From: Enoplolaimus lenunculus
Lineage: Eukaryota
Direction of reading: 5' to 3'
NCBI GenBank assembly: GCA_030248215.1
Contig: JASANG010002365.1
Span: 372,001-436,000 of the forward strand
DNA: 64,000 nt
The position numbers and the translations under genes were made by a program. The notes beneath the pieces were generated by a model. The model had not been told where the DNA came from. It saw nothing but the letters and a program-made list of their open reading frames with translations, and did not search any database. Positions 26,430 through 38,932 of this stretch are shown here, one piece after another (the first letter of the stretch is position 1; the number at the start of each line of letters is the position of its first letter).

Positions 26430-26840
26430 TTAAGCTTAAGATTATGTTTAGGCTTAGGATTTGATTTAATCTTAGGTTTAAGCTTCAAATTAGTAGCCAG
26501 GTCCCCAAAGTTAACATAAGCCAAAACATGTAATTAATTTTCGTCCTTGTGTTTTGATTCGTCAAAATTACAAAGGAAACCGAATCCTGCTACAAGAAAT
26601 ATCGATTTAACTGAGGCAAATAAAGCTGAAACTATTAAATATTACAATAATTGTGCATTATTTATAACGTAATAATCAACGACGTTTCCGCTATAAAGAA
26701 CAATGCCACAGTACTTTAATATAATAGCAGTAGTACCGTTATTCAACCCCATAATTAGGTCTCGTGCTAGAATCATACTGAAACTAAAATTTCTAACAAA
26801 TGCAATCAGGCAACGAAATATATATATTATATATTTATAT

Positions 26841-26902
<62 letters not shown>

Positions 26903-29837
26903 TTTCGTTTTGGATCAAAAAAACATTAATGTATTGTGAAATCAACTATGGTAGACCGAACCAGACTGATGTCAGTTTGAATTTCCGTTAAACTTTAAAA
27001 AAAGGCTACGGGACGGTGGTGGGTTCGAAATGAATACATAAATTTTTAACAACGGTCTCTGAGCTTGCGTTATCGAATGTGTGTGTAGCATCGATTACCA
27101 GTTGGTGAATATAACAAATTATGCTAGAAATGTACAATGTCTACCTGTGATGATACATTTGTCAGTCCGGTTGAAACTGGGCAACACGCGAGAATCAGCT
27201 GTACTCTGGCGGCAGGGTCGTAGTCACGTTAATAGCAATTGTTTGATTCTCAAATTCGTATTTTGGACCAGAAAAGAGCTCATAGGCAACATTTGAAATA
27301 GAAAGATAATGAAACAAAGATACTGTGAACCTTAATGATGATGGGTATTTTTTGAAATACCAGTCGAAATTAATTTTTAGATATTTTTAGAATTAAGGCA
27401 CTTTTAAATATTTCACAGATATATACCCTATTTCGCCTGAAATCTTTCAAAGCATAGCGAACGGTGAGGTTAGAAATTGAGAACATTTTTAGTAATATTA
27501 ATATTTCTACGTCTGTACTAATTTTAAAATCGACAATTCGCGAGAATTAGCCTGTTCGAAAACCTATTGCTAACTGATTCTAGGTGCTATAGGTAAAAAA
27601 ATTTGGGCCCGCCTAAATTTTTTCTCAATTAGTGAACAAACACGGGCGGAACATTTCTGTAAGCATATTTCTAGGCCTAAGTCTATGCCTAACCGTCAGT
27701 GTAAGAGTTAGCTTATAGCTACGCCTGAGCCTAAGCGTAAGAACGAGCTTTACCTAAACCTAAGCCGAAGCCTAACCTAAAGTGAAAGTGTGAAATTATA
27801 CCTACGCCTGAGCCTAAGCGTAAGAATGAGCTTATACCTAACCCTAATCCTAAGCCTAACCTTAAGGGAAAGAGTGATCTTATACCTACACCTGAGCCTA
27901 AACGTAATAATGAACTTATACCTAAGCCTAAACCATAGTAAAAATAGTCTAAAGCTAAAGCTTACTCTATTCCAGTCCCACGAAATAACGATCCGCCCCT
28001 CGAATTATTTAAGTTTCCGAAAGATTTATTGCGGTTACGAAAAACTGCTTATTTCACCGACAAATATTATGCCTCTGGTTCCTGTTCCGGCATTTTTGAC
28101 TCCGGATACGACCTACAACTGATAATTAAACATTGTAAAAATAGAAATTATAAATTTGAACAATAATAATGCAATGAATTTAAATTTTTTTCCAACTGGG
28201 TAAATATAAACAGATAACTGTATTCAGATCTACATTGTGTATAGAACATGTATGTAAACAACAAAATGTTTGTTTACTGCTGTCTTCAGGACAGACCACG
28301 CCTTTAGCCGAATACCAGGTACAAAATTTACAGTGACTGAGTGAAAATTTGAGTCATATGGCCCTATTCTCAACTTTTGTTGTAATGTTCTCACGGGTAT
28401 GACGTCACAAAGTGACGTCATATTGTGCGCATGGCATTTTAGACATAACGAATATGCGCGACTGTCATGATGACGTTGCCTACCTTTCTGTATGGGAAGC
28501 AGAGTTCAATTACCGTCGGCACCGAACCTGGTATTGAATGAAACCTTAAATGCTTAAATCGAGTGCTTATTCGACAGCGGCAGATTCAGAAACTTTTGTC
28601 AAATAACCGCAGTCTTTATGTAAAATTTGCAAGAAATAGCTATTTCTGAGACAGGAACTAGCAGAATTTAAACGCTCAATGAACAATACCGATGCTTTTT
28701 GTCTCCATATTTGCCTGTGTGAAATTCGAATATGTACACAAAAACGTGTCAAATTTACCGCAAGACATTTTTATAGCTTAAAGGCATTTGAAAACTATTT
28801 CTTTATGAGAACCCGAAACAAAAAACGTGAACACACTTGGTCTCATGTGAAGTCTACGAAGTATACTACCCAATATTAAAAGTGCCGATCAGTAAACTTT
28901 CACGGTTCCGGTGGCGCCAAACCCTGACAAAAGGTCGTTTAAGTTTGTTACAATACGTACAAATTAAGCCAGTAGCCAGCTCACCTTACTAGAGTGGCTA
29001 AAAAATTTTCAGCAGGGGTATACAAAGGTTTTCGCTGACTTACAAGCAAGGTTGAACGTTTTCTAGGAGGGTCAAAATTCGTTCACAGGGGAGCTGAACC
29101 CCCTAGCCTCGCTGCTTAATTATCTTGTGATACGTATGTGCTAATATTAACGAAAAATCTGTGCAATAAATTTCAGTTGTACATATATCGGTTTTTAAGT
29201 AATTGATAGTAATTTTTTACGTAATTAATTATACAAATAAGAATTAGAAAATTTACAGTTGCCGAAAATTTATTTTTAATTTAAGCCATTCATTCAGAAT
29301 CAAACGAAATATTTTTACTGTACCCATAAATGCAGTAATACATTAATTTTATATTGATACACTATGACAGTTTGCATTAGCAATAATTGCATAATTGCAA
29401 TTAATGCTCAATGGGAAGCTTTAAAGATTGCTTTATTACTATTATGGTGTAGATATTTTAGGTGCTATAAGTGAAAGAATTTGGGCCCGCCTAAATGATT
29501 TCGAAATTATTGAACAAACACAGGTGGAACATTTCTGTAAGCATATTTCTTGGCCTAAGTCAATGCCTAATTTTGCGAACCAATAATAAATAAACACATT
29601 TTTCGCACTTGATTTGCCCGACTCCAATACAGATTTTGACAGTCGTAGCTGTCGGTGTTCGTTGCTTTAAATATCTTTGACAAACATGGATTGGACGTAC
29701 GTAAAGAATTAAAGCATGTCAATGGAGGGCATAGCCACAATATATCGTCATTCCACAACATCTGAACTGTCAGATTGGATTGAAAGCTACAATAGTTCGG
29801 GCCAGGAAATCTTTCAAACAAGTTTGTTGTTTGCGCC

Positions 29838-30183
29838 TAAGGGTTGGTTGCGTTATTCTTTTTTTGACGTGCGGCGCCGTTCGGAGCCGTCCGTCAGACG
29901 CATGGTACCGACCGGCGCCGTCCGTCACCCGTCCGGCGCCGTTCGTTACCCGGACGGCGCCGTCGGTCACTGCACGGCGCTGTCCGTCACCGTGTGGCGC
30001 CGTCCATCACCGTGCGGCGCCGTCCGTCACTGTGCGGCGCCGTCCATCACTGTGCGGCACCGTCCGTCACCGTGCGGCGCCGTCCGTCACCGTGCGGCGC
30101 CGTCCGTCACTGTGCGGTATTATAACGTACCGTGACGAACGGTGACGAACGGCCCCGGACGTCAAGTGTAGCGCAATCCTTAG
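29838..30183. mobile_element. GC-rich MITE with an internal 20-bp tandem repeat (GTGCGGCGCCGTCCGTCACY)
   Basis: TAAGGG...GCGCAATCCTTAG ends and about 10 CGCCGTCCGTCAC units. Relatives at ~6980-7170, 32572-32832, 32887-33015. Confidence 0.6.
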
Positions 30184-30362
30184 TAGGAAATTAACAGAAC
30201 AAAACTTATTAATCTTTAGTTTGTTTTGTTCAGCTATTAATTAATGACAACCGATTACAACAGTTCGATCAACTAAAAAAGAAATTTATGTTTTACTCAG
30301 ACATACAGCGACAGTTACTACTTTTTAACTATCGCAGTTTAAATATATAGATAAATAAATAA

Positions 30363-30518
<156 letters not shown>

Positions 30519-31367
30519 CAGTCCCACAGAAAAACGTTCCGTTCCTCTTGGACTTAGACTTAGGCTCACTTGCTCACTTTTAGATTTATCCTAATGCGGA
30601 GCCTAGGCATAGAAATAGCTAACTTGACTGTGTCAATGAATAGAACAAGGCCGTAACAGCTATAAGCATATTCCTAAGAAATAGCCTAATCCTACATGTA
30701 AGCCTAAGCGTAAGAATGACTTTATACCTAAGTCTATGCCCAAGCCTAAGTTTAGGCAAAACAATTAGACAAAAGCTTAAGCTTACTCTATTGCAATTTT
30801 TACAATTGGACCACTACAGTTACGCTTATAAAAGTGACTGAAGTTTAAAGCTGAAACGCGTCGCAATAAACACTGCAATTGTTTGAACGCATCAACAAAT
30901 CCAATTTAAAGCGCTTCACAATAAACTCATTTAGGTTGCACCCGCAGCCAGGGTGGGGCAGGCGGAGCTCAGCCCCCCCTTGGAAAAATTTTGCCTCTCC
31001 TAGAAAATTTTCAACCTTGCTTATACGTCAACGAAAACCCTTGAACGCCTCTGTTGACAATTTTTACCGCTTCCTAGCAAGTTGAGCTGGTTACTCGCTT
31101 GATTTTGGTTCGAACTGCTATCAGGAAAACCTGGCTAAAAGATTAATATTATCTTATACTTTGCAGACCTGTGTTGTTTTCGTCGAGTGCGTACACTCTC
31201 AAAACGTAGACGCGAATTAAATTCTCAACGGAATTCAAAATAAACTCGCATGCATTTGTGTTAAAGTATTTTGTTTTGTCGTTGAAAATTAATAAACTCT
31301 ATAAACTACGGATTAAGTAAAAAAAATTCGAACAAAATAAAAAGGTTTAGTACCGCAATGAATCAAA

Positions 31368-31808
31368 CAGTTGAACTGTCGTTTGGACGACTTTCAGTTG
31401 AATTGTCGTTTGGACGACTTTCAGTTGAATTGTCGTTCGGACGACTTTCAATTGAATTGTCGTTTGGACCACTTTCAGTTGAATTGTCGTTTGGACGACT
31501 TTCAGTTGAATTGCCGTTCTGACGACTTTCAGTTGAATTGTCGTTTGGACGAGTTTCAGTTGAATTGTCGTTCGGACGACTTTCAGTTGAATTGTCGTTT
31601 GGACGACTTTCAGTTGAATTGACGTTTGGACGACTTTCAGTTGAATTGTCGTTCGAACGACTTTCAGTTCAATTGTCGTTTGGACGACTTTCAGTTGAAT
31701 TGTCGTTTGGACGACTTTCAGTTGAATTGTCGTTTGGACGACTTTCAGTTGAATTGTCGTTTGGACGACTTTCAGTTGAATTGTCGTTTGGACGGCTTTC
31801 AGTGAAAT
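31368..31808. repeat. 27-bp minisatellite, ~16 copies (CAGTTGAATTGTCGTTTGGACGACTTT)
   Basis: Contiguous units without spacers; each contains the hairpin GTCGT-TTGG-ACGAC. Confidence 0.95.
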
Positions 31809-31822
31809 TAAAAGTATTTTAA

Positions 31823-32466
31823 CCCCTTCTCACATTGAGTTGCCTATAGGCAACTCAGAGCAGTGTATATACGTTAAATAATATATATCGCACCGTGTTT
31901 AACAATTGCAACCCGTATACATAGTACTAAATCACCACAAGAAGTGAGAGCCCCCTCGGGCTCGAGCGTCAAGCTCCTATAGCTGAGTTGTGATGGTATA
32001 CACCTCCCACTCCTATCACTGGAGTTCGAATCCTAGCATAAAAGTATGTCTCAGGGGAAATAGAAAATATTCATGTGAGAAAGGGTTAAGCGAAAAATTT
32101 TCAGTGATATGTCTCAGGGAAAATAGAAAATATTCATGTGAGAAAGGGTTAAGCGAAAAATTTTCAGTTTACTATCTATAACCCCTTCTCACATTGAGTT
32201 GCAAAATTTTCAGTTTACTATCTATAACCCCTTCTCACATTGAGTTGCACATAGGCAACTCAGCGCCGTGTATATACGTTAAATAATATATATCGCACCG
32301 TGTTTAACTAAATCACCACAAGACGTGAAAGCCCCCTCCGGCTTGAGCGTCAAGCTCCTATAGCTGAGTGGTGATAGTATACGCCTCCCACTACAGTCAC
32401 TGGAGTTCGAATCCTAGCATAAAAGTAGGTCTCAGGAGAAATAGAATATATTTATGTGAGAAAAGG
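31823..32466 (+). mobile_element. piggyBac-like MITE cluster: full copy 31823-32085, duplicated end fragments, second internally deleted copy ~32228-32466
   Basis: TTAA|CCCCTTCTCACAT...ATGTGAGAAAGGG|TTAA; same family as 26169-26429. Confidence 0.8.
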
Positions 32467-33295
32467 TAAATTTAAAAATTTTGCAAAATAAGAAATGCCA
32501 CAGGTTTCGCACAGTTTAAAGAACAAGTCAACAAATCGGTTCCCACGAAAGGTCATTTGAACCACACAAACTAAGGATGACGCTATACTTGACGTGCGGC
32601 GCCGTCCGACGTTTTTCGTCGATTAACGGTAACGGACGGCGACGTACGATAACGGACGACAACGGATGACATCCAAATTGTTAAAAATAAAATAGCGCCA
32701 CAGTCGTACGTCCCCGTCCGTCACAATACGGTATCGTATGTGAGTAATTTGCGTACGACACCGTACGGCGACGTACGTTGACGAACGGTGATAATCAGCG
32801 CCGGGCATCATCAAAAGTATAGCGCCACGTTAATTGTTCATAAACGAACATTGTTCACACGTTGGTAACAATGTGTTTAAATTAATAAGCGTGGCGCTGT
32901 ACTTATCGGTGCGAGTCCGTTCGTCGCCTTCGGTCACCGAACGCTATCGCACGCAGATATACCGCGTGCGATATCGCGTTTTGGTCGACGCTGACATCGA
33001 CCGACGGACGGCGTTTCAAGACAGTAAAATATTTTCGCTATTCGTTTTTTGGAATTTCTCGGCTTTTTGATGCTGTTTGAAACACGAAAAGCGTTTAAAA
33101 TATCGTTTTGTTTTTGCTACACAATTACTAACACTAAATGATTAATTTCTAATACTAATACCTCTGTTTCGTGGAAAGTTTTGTCTCCGAAATAGCACAT
33201 AAGCATGTCTTTACCGTTTGAAGCTTTTTGAACGAGGTTCCAAAATATACACAAATTCGAAAGCATTTTTGCGAAGTACTGTTGTAGTAATGTAA

Positions 33296-33571
33296 ATCTC
33301 TATTCACACGTGCAAGTTTTTGCTGCGAGAACTTGCAGCTGAAACATCCGCACAGAACTTGCATTTTTTCATCAGCCAATGAGAAAGCGACTGCAATAAA
33401 TTCAGTGTCCTTGCATGGTTATTCACACAAGTGAACTAAATTCCTAGCTACGATGTTTAACAAATTATTTGCCGCTGCAAGTTTTTCGAACAGGATTTTG
33501 GACAAAACGTGCAAGGGTAGGTTGTAGCTGCAAGTTCTCGCATCAAAAATTTGCACGTGTGAATAGGGTTT
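33296..33571. mobile_element. Harbinger-like MITE family K (CTATTCACACGTGCAA...TTGCACGTGTGAATAG)
   Basis: Inverted ends; copies at ~21127-21390 and 40740-40950, partials at 7690-7770 and 57330-57420. Confidence 0.65.
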
Positions 33572-34424
33572 TGCTAAAAAACCAGGCCGCTAAGCTCGAA
33601 GCCACTTCAAAAATGTTATTTCTTGTTCAAAACCTAAATTCAAATTCAATCTGAAACAATTTAAAATTCCGCTTTCACTAGACCAAGCGTAAATGGATCA
33701 GATTAAAATTAGAACAGAGGTACACGCAACAATCGGCATACATGACTTTTTGATGACAACCAGAAGCCAAACTGTTGTGGCACGAAATTTGAAACCATTT
33801 TCAGCGGTTGCTAAACATCTGGCATTCGTATCAACATTTTAAATAATTCACAGAAACTACAGCACCAGGCAAAGTCGAATATTTACACGTACGTCTGTTG
33901 AAGTGCAGTCTCTATTTTATTAAAGCTGAAACGTCCCACATACGTAGTTTGAGCAGCATTCCAACCGATTTTTATATACGTGCGTCGTATGCAGAATTTT
34001 CCAAAAAAGGTTGCGTCAATTTTGATATCAAAATTTTTCACGTCTTACTGAATTGGTTCGAGCAGTAAAACTTTGTTACATTGAAGCATTTTGCGAAATT
34101 TTAATTTTAATCGAAATTTGTCAAAAAATAATCCCAAGAATAAATTTTTAACACTTTATATATGTCATTGTTTAAAATTAGCAAATTCAACATCCGCTCT
34201 GATTTGGACAGTAAATTTTGACGCATCCTGCCTGCTGTTCCGGTTACGATATTGTCCACTTCCAAGTTCACACTGCTATTTTGATATAAATAAAAAATCT
34301 ACACAACTTTCAGAAATATAAAACCAATTGATGTTTATATCTTTAGCAAAAACAATATACGTCCCGTTAAACGTACCTAAATCACCATACGGTAATGTAC
34401 CGCATGATGCTGGCAATACTTATC

Positions 34425-34817
34425 GGCCCATGTATAGAACAACCATGTATAGAACAAGGCTGGAACAGTAGTATAAGCATAATCCTAAGCCTATGCCTAA
34501 GCCCAAGCCTAAGCCTAAGCCTAAGCCTAAGCCTAAGCCTAAGCCTAAGCCTAAGCCTAAGCCTAAGCCTAAGCCTAAGCGTAAAAATGAGCCTATTCCT
34601 AAGCCTAAGCCTAAGCCTTAGCCTAATCCCAAGTGTAAAAATGAACCTATTCCTAAGCCTAAGCCTAAGCCTAAGCCTAAACCTAAGCGTATGGATGAGC
34701 CTATTCCTAAGCCTAAGCCTAAGCCTAAGCCTAAGCAAAAAAAGTTAGTCCAAAGCTTAAACTGACTCTGTTACAGTCCCGCCGTAAAACGATCCGGCCC
34801 TGTTCTATACATGGGCC
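34425..34817. mobile_element. TTAGGC MITE
   Basis: TIRs GGCCCATGTATAGAACA at both ends; TSD TACTTATC/TACTTATA. More degenerate copies at ~13975-14127, 14440-14620, 27645-28000, 30520-30800, 35520-35670, 35770-35935, 35973-36178, 37770-37915, 42740-42900. Confidence 0.8.
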
Positions 34818-37152
34818 TACTTATACTTAAAACCCGACGCTTCAACCATCAGTTTGGCCAAGTAGAGTACGGCTGTCCTGCAGAGTTAAACTTCCGTTCA
34901 GTAAAAACCAAACGGCACAACCAGTGACGGATGAAAAAATGATAAAAGGGGGGTCAGCGCAATCGAGGGAAAAGCCATAAGCAATTTTTAGTGCTTTAAC
35001 CATAACTTTGATTACAATCCCTGTTGGGGGAGCATAAGCAGGCCCGTAGCCAGCTCACCTTACCAGAGGGGCTAAATGTTTTTAGAAGGGACATATGAGG
35101 GTTTTCGTTGACTTGTAAGGAAGGTTGAAACTTTTCTAACGGAGCCAAAATTTTTCCAAGCGAGAACTGAACCCCCTGCCCCCCCTTGGCTACTGGTCCG
35201 GGCCAAGGTATGTGCGTAAGACCGCCGTAGACCTCACACCGGCTAAAACTTGTGAATATGGAATTGAGGTTTACTGCCTACTTTTCAGTTCGACTTTTCA
35301 ACGATTGTACTGTTTTGATGCTTATTTTGTAATTTGGTCACGCAATGAACCAGAAAGTTTCAAAAAAAAACTAAAATAAATACGTATGTTTTTATATTAA
35401 AAAGTGACAGTTTTGTGATATTTTATAAATATTTTCAAAAAATAAAAGCTGAGCTGGCAAAATTTATTGAACATTCTCAGTATGCCAAACGGCTCTGCTG
35501 GATAATTTTGCCAATGTAGACAACATTTAACCTTACTCGTAAGACTAAAGCCTAACCGTAAGAATTAGCTTATACCTAAGCCTAAGTCTAAGCAAAAAAT
35601 CTAGGCCTAAAGCTTAAGCTTACTCTATTGCATTCCAACAAAAAGACGTTTTGCACCTGACATGGCCCGTGATGTATACTAATTATTGTCGAACAACAGT
35701 GAAACATATAGAAATTAAGACAGCCTTGTTATTATCTTCAGAAATTCGCAACTAAAACTCTAAGCGCCATCCGGTCCATGTATATATAGATAATTTTTCG
35801 CAGAACTTACGCTAATAAGCTTTAGACTAATTTTTAGCTTAGGCTTAGGTTTAGGCTTAAAAATACATTGGTGCGCTGAGGATTTGGCTTAGGCTTATGC
35901 TTTTAGCAATTTACTTATACACTTGTTGCGGCCATTAGCAATACACTTACTAACTACACTCTTAAAATTTTTGACCCATGTCAAAATCAAGAGCGGAACG
36001 TTTTTCTGTGGGACTAGAATACAGTAAGCTTAAGCTTTAGACTATTTTTTGCTTGGCTTTGCTTTATGCTTGGGCTTATGCTTAGAAATAAACTCATTCT
36101 TACCCTTAGGCTTAGGCTTAGGCTTAGGCTTATGAGCATGCATATAATACTATTCATCTCCTGTTCTTTACATTGACGCAATTTTTAAATTCAAAATCAC
36201 AAACAATCCAATATAGGTTACGATCAACACGTGCCGTCCATCTTAATACGACCAATGCCTTTGTAAACCTGCGATAAACTAACAAAAAAGCACAAATAAA
36301 TGTTTTTTAAATTCCAGTTAATTATTGCAAAATTTTCGCTTCAATTAAAGCGGATTTTAAGATATTTGATGTTTACATTGTTGTATTCGTAAGTGCTTAA
36401 CAACGTTGCACTTTAGCGCAAACTGAAAAAAACTCTAAGAAAATTAGCAAACTTTTTTTTGACTGCAATATGCAAAAATTGCAGCTAGAACGCAATCTGC
36501 AAATGCAGTCATGTTGTGGTTTTAACGCAAACACGACTGCGAGTTTGCATTTAAATGTAAACAGATTTTGTAATAAAAATAAAAACCTAAGCCTAAACCT
36601 TTTAGTCTTAACCGTTTCTAGTCAACTCGACACCAGGTCCTTATAACATGGCCCGATTTTGGCAATTATATAAAATTCTTTAATTACATTTATGCAGTTG
36701 AATATTTTCTATAACGGCCGCGTATTAATTTGTTTTCTAAGCCTAGTGCTAAAATTAGCAATAAATTTCGCATCATTGGTTGTAAACAAAAATAGGCTTT
36801 GCCGAACTGCTGACAGGCAAAGATTAATTTTTGTTTGAACCAGAATATAATGCAGAATTCACAATATCATGAGTACACTAGGGTGCCTATTTGAAAGTGT
36901 GACTGGTAGAAACTGAACCGTTTTGGCGTCTGCGGTTTGGCCAGGGCTTACAGTAGACATCACATTGAGGATAAAGAGTTTTAGGGGAGTTTTTTCAAGA
37001 GTTTTGTGCCTATAAATAATTGTTGGGGTTACATTATGCCAAAAGACTAAAATTAACATTGATTGCACTATTTGTTATACTGAGAAAGCTGTTTAAACAT
37101 CTTTGACTAATAGAATGGTGAGTTTTAATTTTGGTATCCAATCACATTACAT

Positions 37153-37158
37153 TTTATT
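37153..37158 (-). terminator. Candidate polyadenylation signal AATAAA of the insulin-like gene
   Basis: AATAAA ~15 nt after the stop codon; in an AT-rich background this may be chance. Confidence 0.3.
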
Positions 37159-37172
37159 TTCAATCGAATATT

Positions 37173-37543
37173 TTAACAGCAATAATTTGTCAAATCAGAA
37201 TACGAGCATTCGTTAACACAACATTCTTGAACGATGCCGCGTTTGCCTCTGGACACTGAAGAGCTCGTCATTGGTTGTTTAGCGTAATCTGACAAAATTG
37301 AAAAACTATCATCGATCTGATTGGATGCTCGAGTTCTCCTCTGTTGGTTTGAGCCAGTAGAAATTGTTGTGTCGCTATTGGCCAGGTTTTGAACCCGTGG
37401 TTGAAAAGCAATCGTGCCAAAATAACCACTACGATTATTCGATTGATATTTTCTTCGAGTACTATTCTGATTGGTCGAAATGTTGTTATTCGAGTAGGAT
37501 TTCACGTTTTGTAGCGGCGTTCGTGTGAATAGCATGTATGACC
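37173..37543 (-). CDS. Insulin-like peptide precursor, last coding exon: C-region plus A-chain (RGKR|GIVQECCVNECSYSDLTNYCC*)
   Basis: Acceptor aattatttccag; C+GG completes the Arg of a KR site across the intron. The A-chain has CC-x3-C-x8-C with a GIVxECC start and an extra terminal Cys; stop TAA at 37175-37173. Confidence 0.95.
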
Positions 37544-38462
37544 CTGGAAATAATTTGCATATTTCATGAAAAAATCGTCAAAAGGGTTGCAAAATGTGTC
37601 AAAGCAAGAATCACCAAACAAATTTTGCAGTAGCACATTAAGGTTGCTTGCATAAAGTGTCGATAATGACTGCAGACAAGAGTGTGCAATTTCTTAAAAT
37701 ATGAGTTTCACTCAATGTACCAGCGCTCGTTGCATTTTTCCCAGACTCTCCTCATTTACGACGGTCGAAATTAGATTCGCGCTTTTTGTTTAGGCTTAGG
37801 CTTTAGGTATAAGCTCATTCTTACGTTTAGGCTTTAGGCTTACGATTAAAGTTAAGTGTTTTATACATTGGCAGTGGACGAAGGTACAATGAGGTTAACA
37901 GTATAAACGGGCCATGTCTTACCGGTCATTTTATTAGCATCTCCTAATTCTTGGTTTTAACGAGCCCCCTAAATAAGGAGGGCAGACTAAACACAACGTG
38001 CGTTCAGCACATTTTTTGTACACAGAATGTATCCAGTTGCACACTCTTGTATTAAATAGAAGACATCATTCAGTCTTGCATGCAACTGCAAGAGATTGCG
38101 ATTAAACCTATTTTACAAATTTTATGCTTACTTTTTTGAAAAATATAGCAAATTTTTTTAATAGTGAAAATCGGTGCCGGAGCAGCCAGAGGTGGGGGCT
38201 CCCCCCAATTTCTAGGGTCGGGCCCCCAAACTCGCGGGCGAAACGAGCGAGAAGCCAGCCGCATTTTAAAACTTAACCGGTTTTTGTTTCAACCGAGGGT
38301 GGGGCCCCTTTAGGGGTGGCACCACCAAGTCGGGGGTATGGTTGATGGCTGCTCCGGCCCTGGTGAAAACCAAAATGGTTTCATGGAATATTCGGTAACG
38401 GTCTGTATCTGTGGTTAATTTGCCAATAAGGAAAGGTTGCGCAACTGGCTAATGGCGCTTAC

Positions 38463-38634
38463 GTTTTGCCGAATCACCAGCCCAGCAATCGCGGCACACT
38501 TTCTTCATAAGCTTAACCAGTTTATCGCCACAAACTCGTAGGGAGTCGGCCGTATTGATCATATCGCTAAACACAAACGCAGAAGCAAATATTACTGCTA
38601 GTGTACATTTAGTATAATTAGTCGGCGAATGCAT
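38463..38634 (-). CDS. Insulin-like peptide precursor, first coding exon: signal peptide plus B-chain (LRVCGDKLVKLMKKVCRDCWAGDSAK)
   Basis: Hydrophobic N-terminal stretch followed by the B-chain motif CG-x10-C plus an extra Cys. Donor AAA C|gtaagc is phase 1, matching the usual insulin-family intron after the B-chain. A 5'UTR acceptor (gttaattttag) lies at 38666-38665. Confidence 0.93.
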
Positions 38635-38680
38635 GATTGTTATTTATTTAATTGTAAACGATTTCTAAAATTAACGAATA

Positions 38681-38932
38681 CACTGTAAATTTCAGTGAGT
38701 TGATTTTAACTCAGAATGAGTTGAATTACTCAGGCTGAGTTAGGACTATCAGAACTCGAAATTTTAAGTTGATTCAATTTATTTTGAGTTAATTAACCAA
38801 CCCATCCAGTGTCAATTCAACTCAGATTGAAAATCAAATCAACTCAGAGTGAGTTAATGTTTACTGATATTAATTCAAAGATAACCAACTTGCTAGCTGA
38901 ATTGATTAATCAACTCATTTGAATTTACAGTG
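38681..38932. mobile_element. Family B element next to the insulin-like gene 5'UTR acceptor
   Basis: TA|CACTGTAAATTTCA ... GAATTTACAGTG|TA. Confidence 0.85.

Noticed and set aside
29716..30145. GC-rich overlapping ORFs suggesting horizontal transfer
   Set aside because: Explained by a 20-bp tandem repeat inside a MITE family with several copies in the window.
31368..31808. CRISPR-like array of palindromic 27-bp repeats
   Set aside because: Units are contiguous with no unique spacers, there are no cas genes and the context is eukaryotic. The same applies to the 48-bp arrays at 8851 and 40092.
31973..32040. Functional tRNA gene
   Set aside because: Acceptor and anticodon stems do not pair properly and the sequence lies within a piggyBac-like MITE; treated as tRNA-derived cargo.
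38449..38462. Single-exon B-chain-only peptide ending ...SAKRKRH*
   Set aside because: The ORF track reads into the intron; a consensus phase-1 donor at 38462 joins in frame to the A-chain exon.
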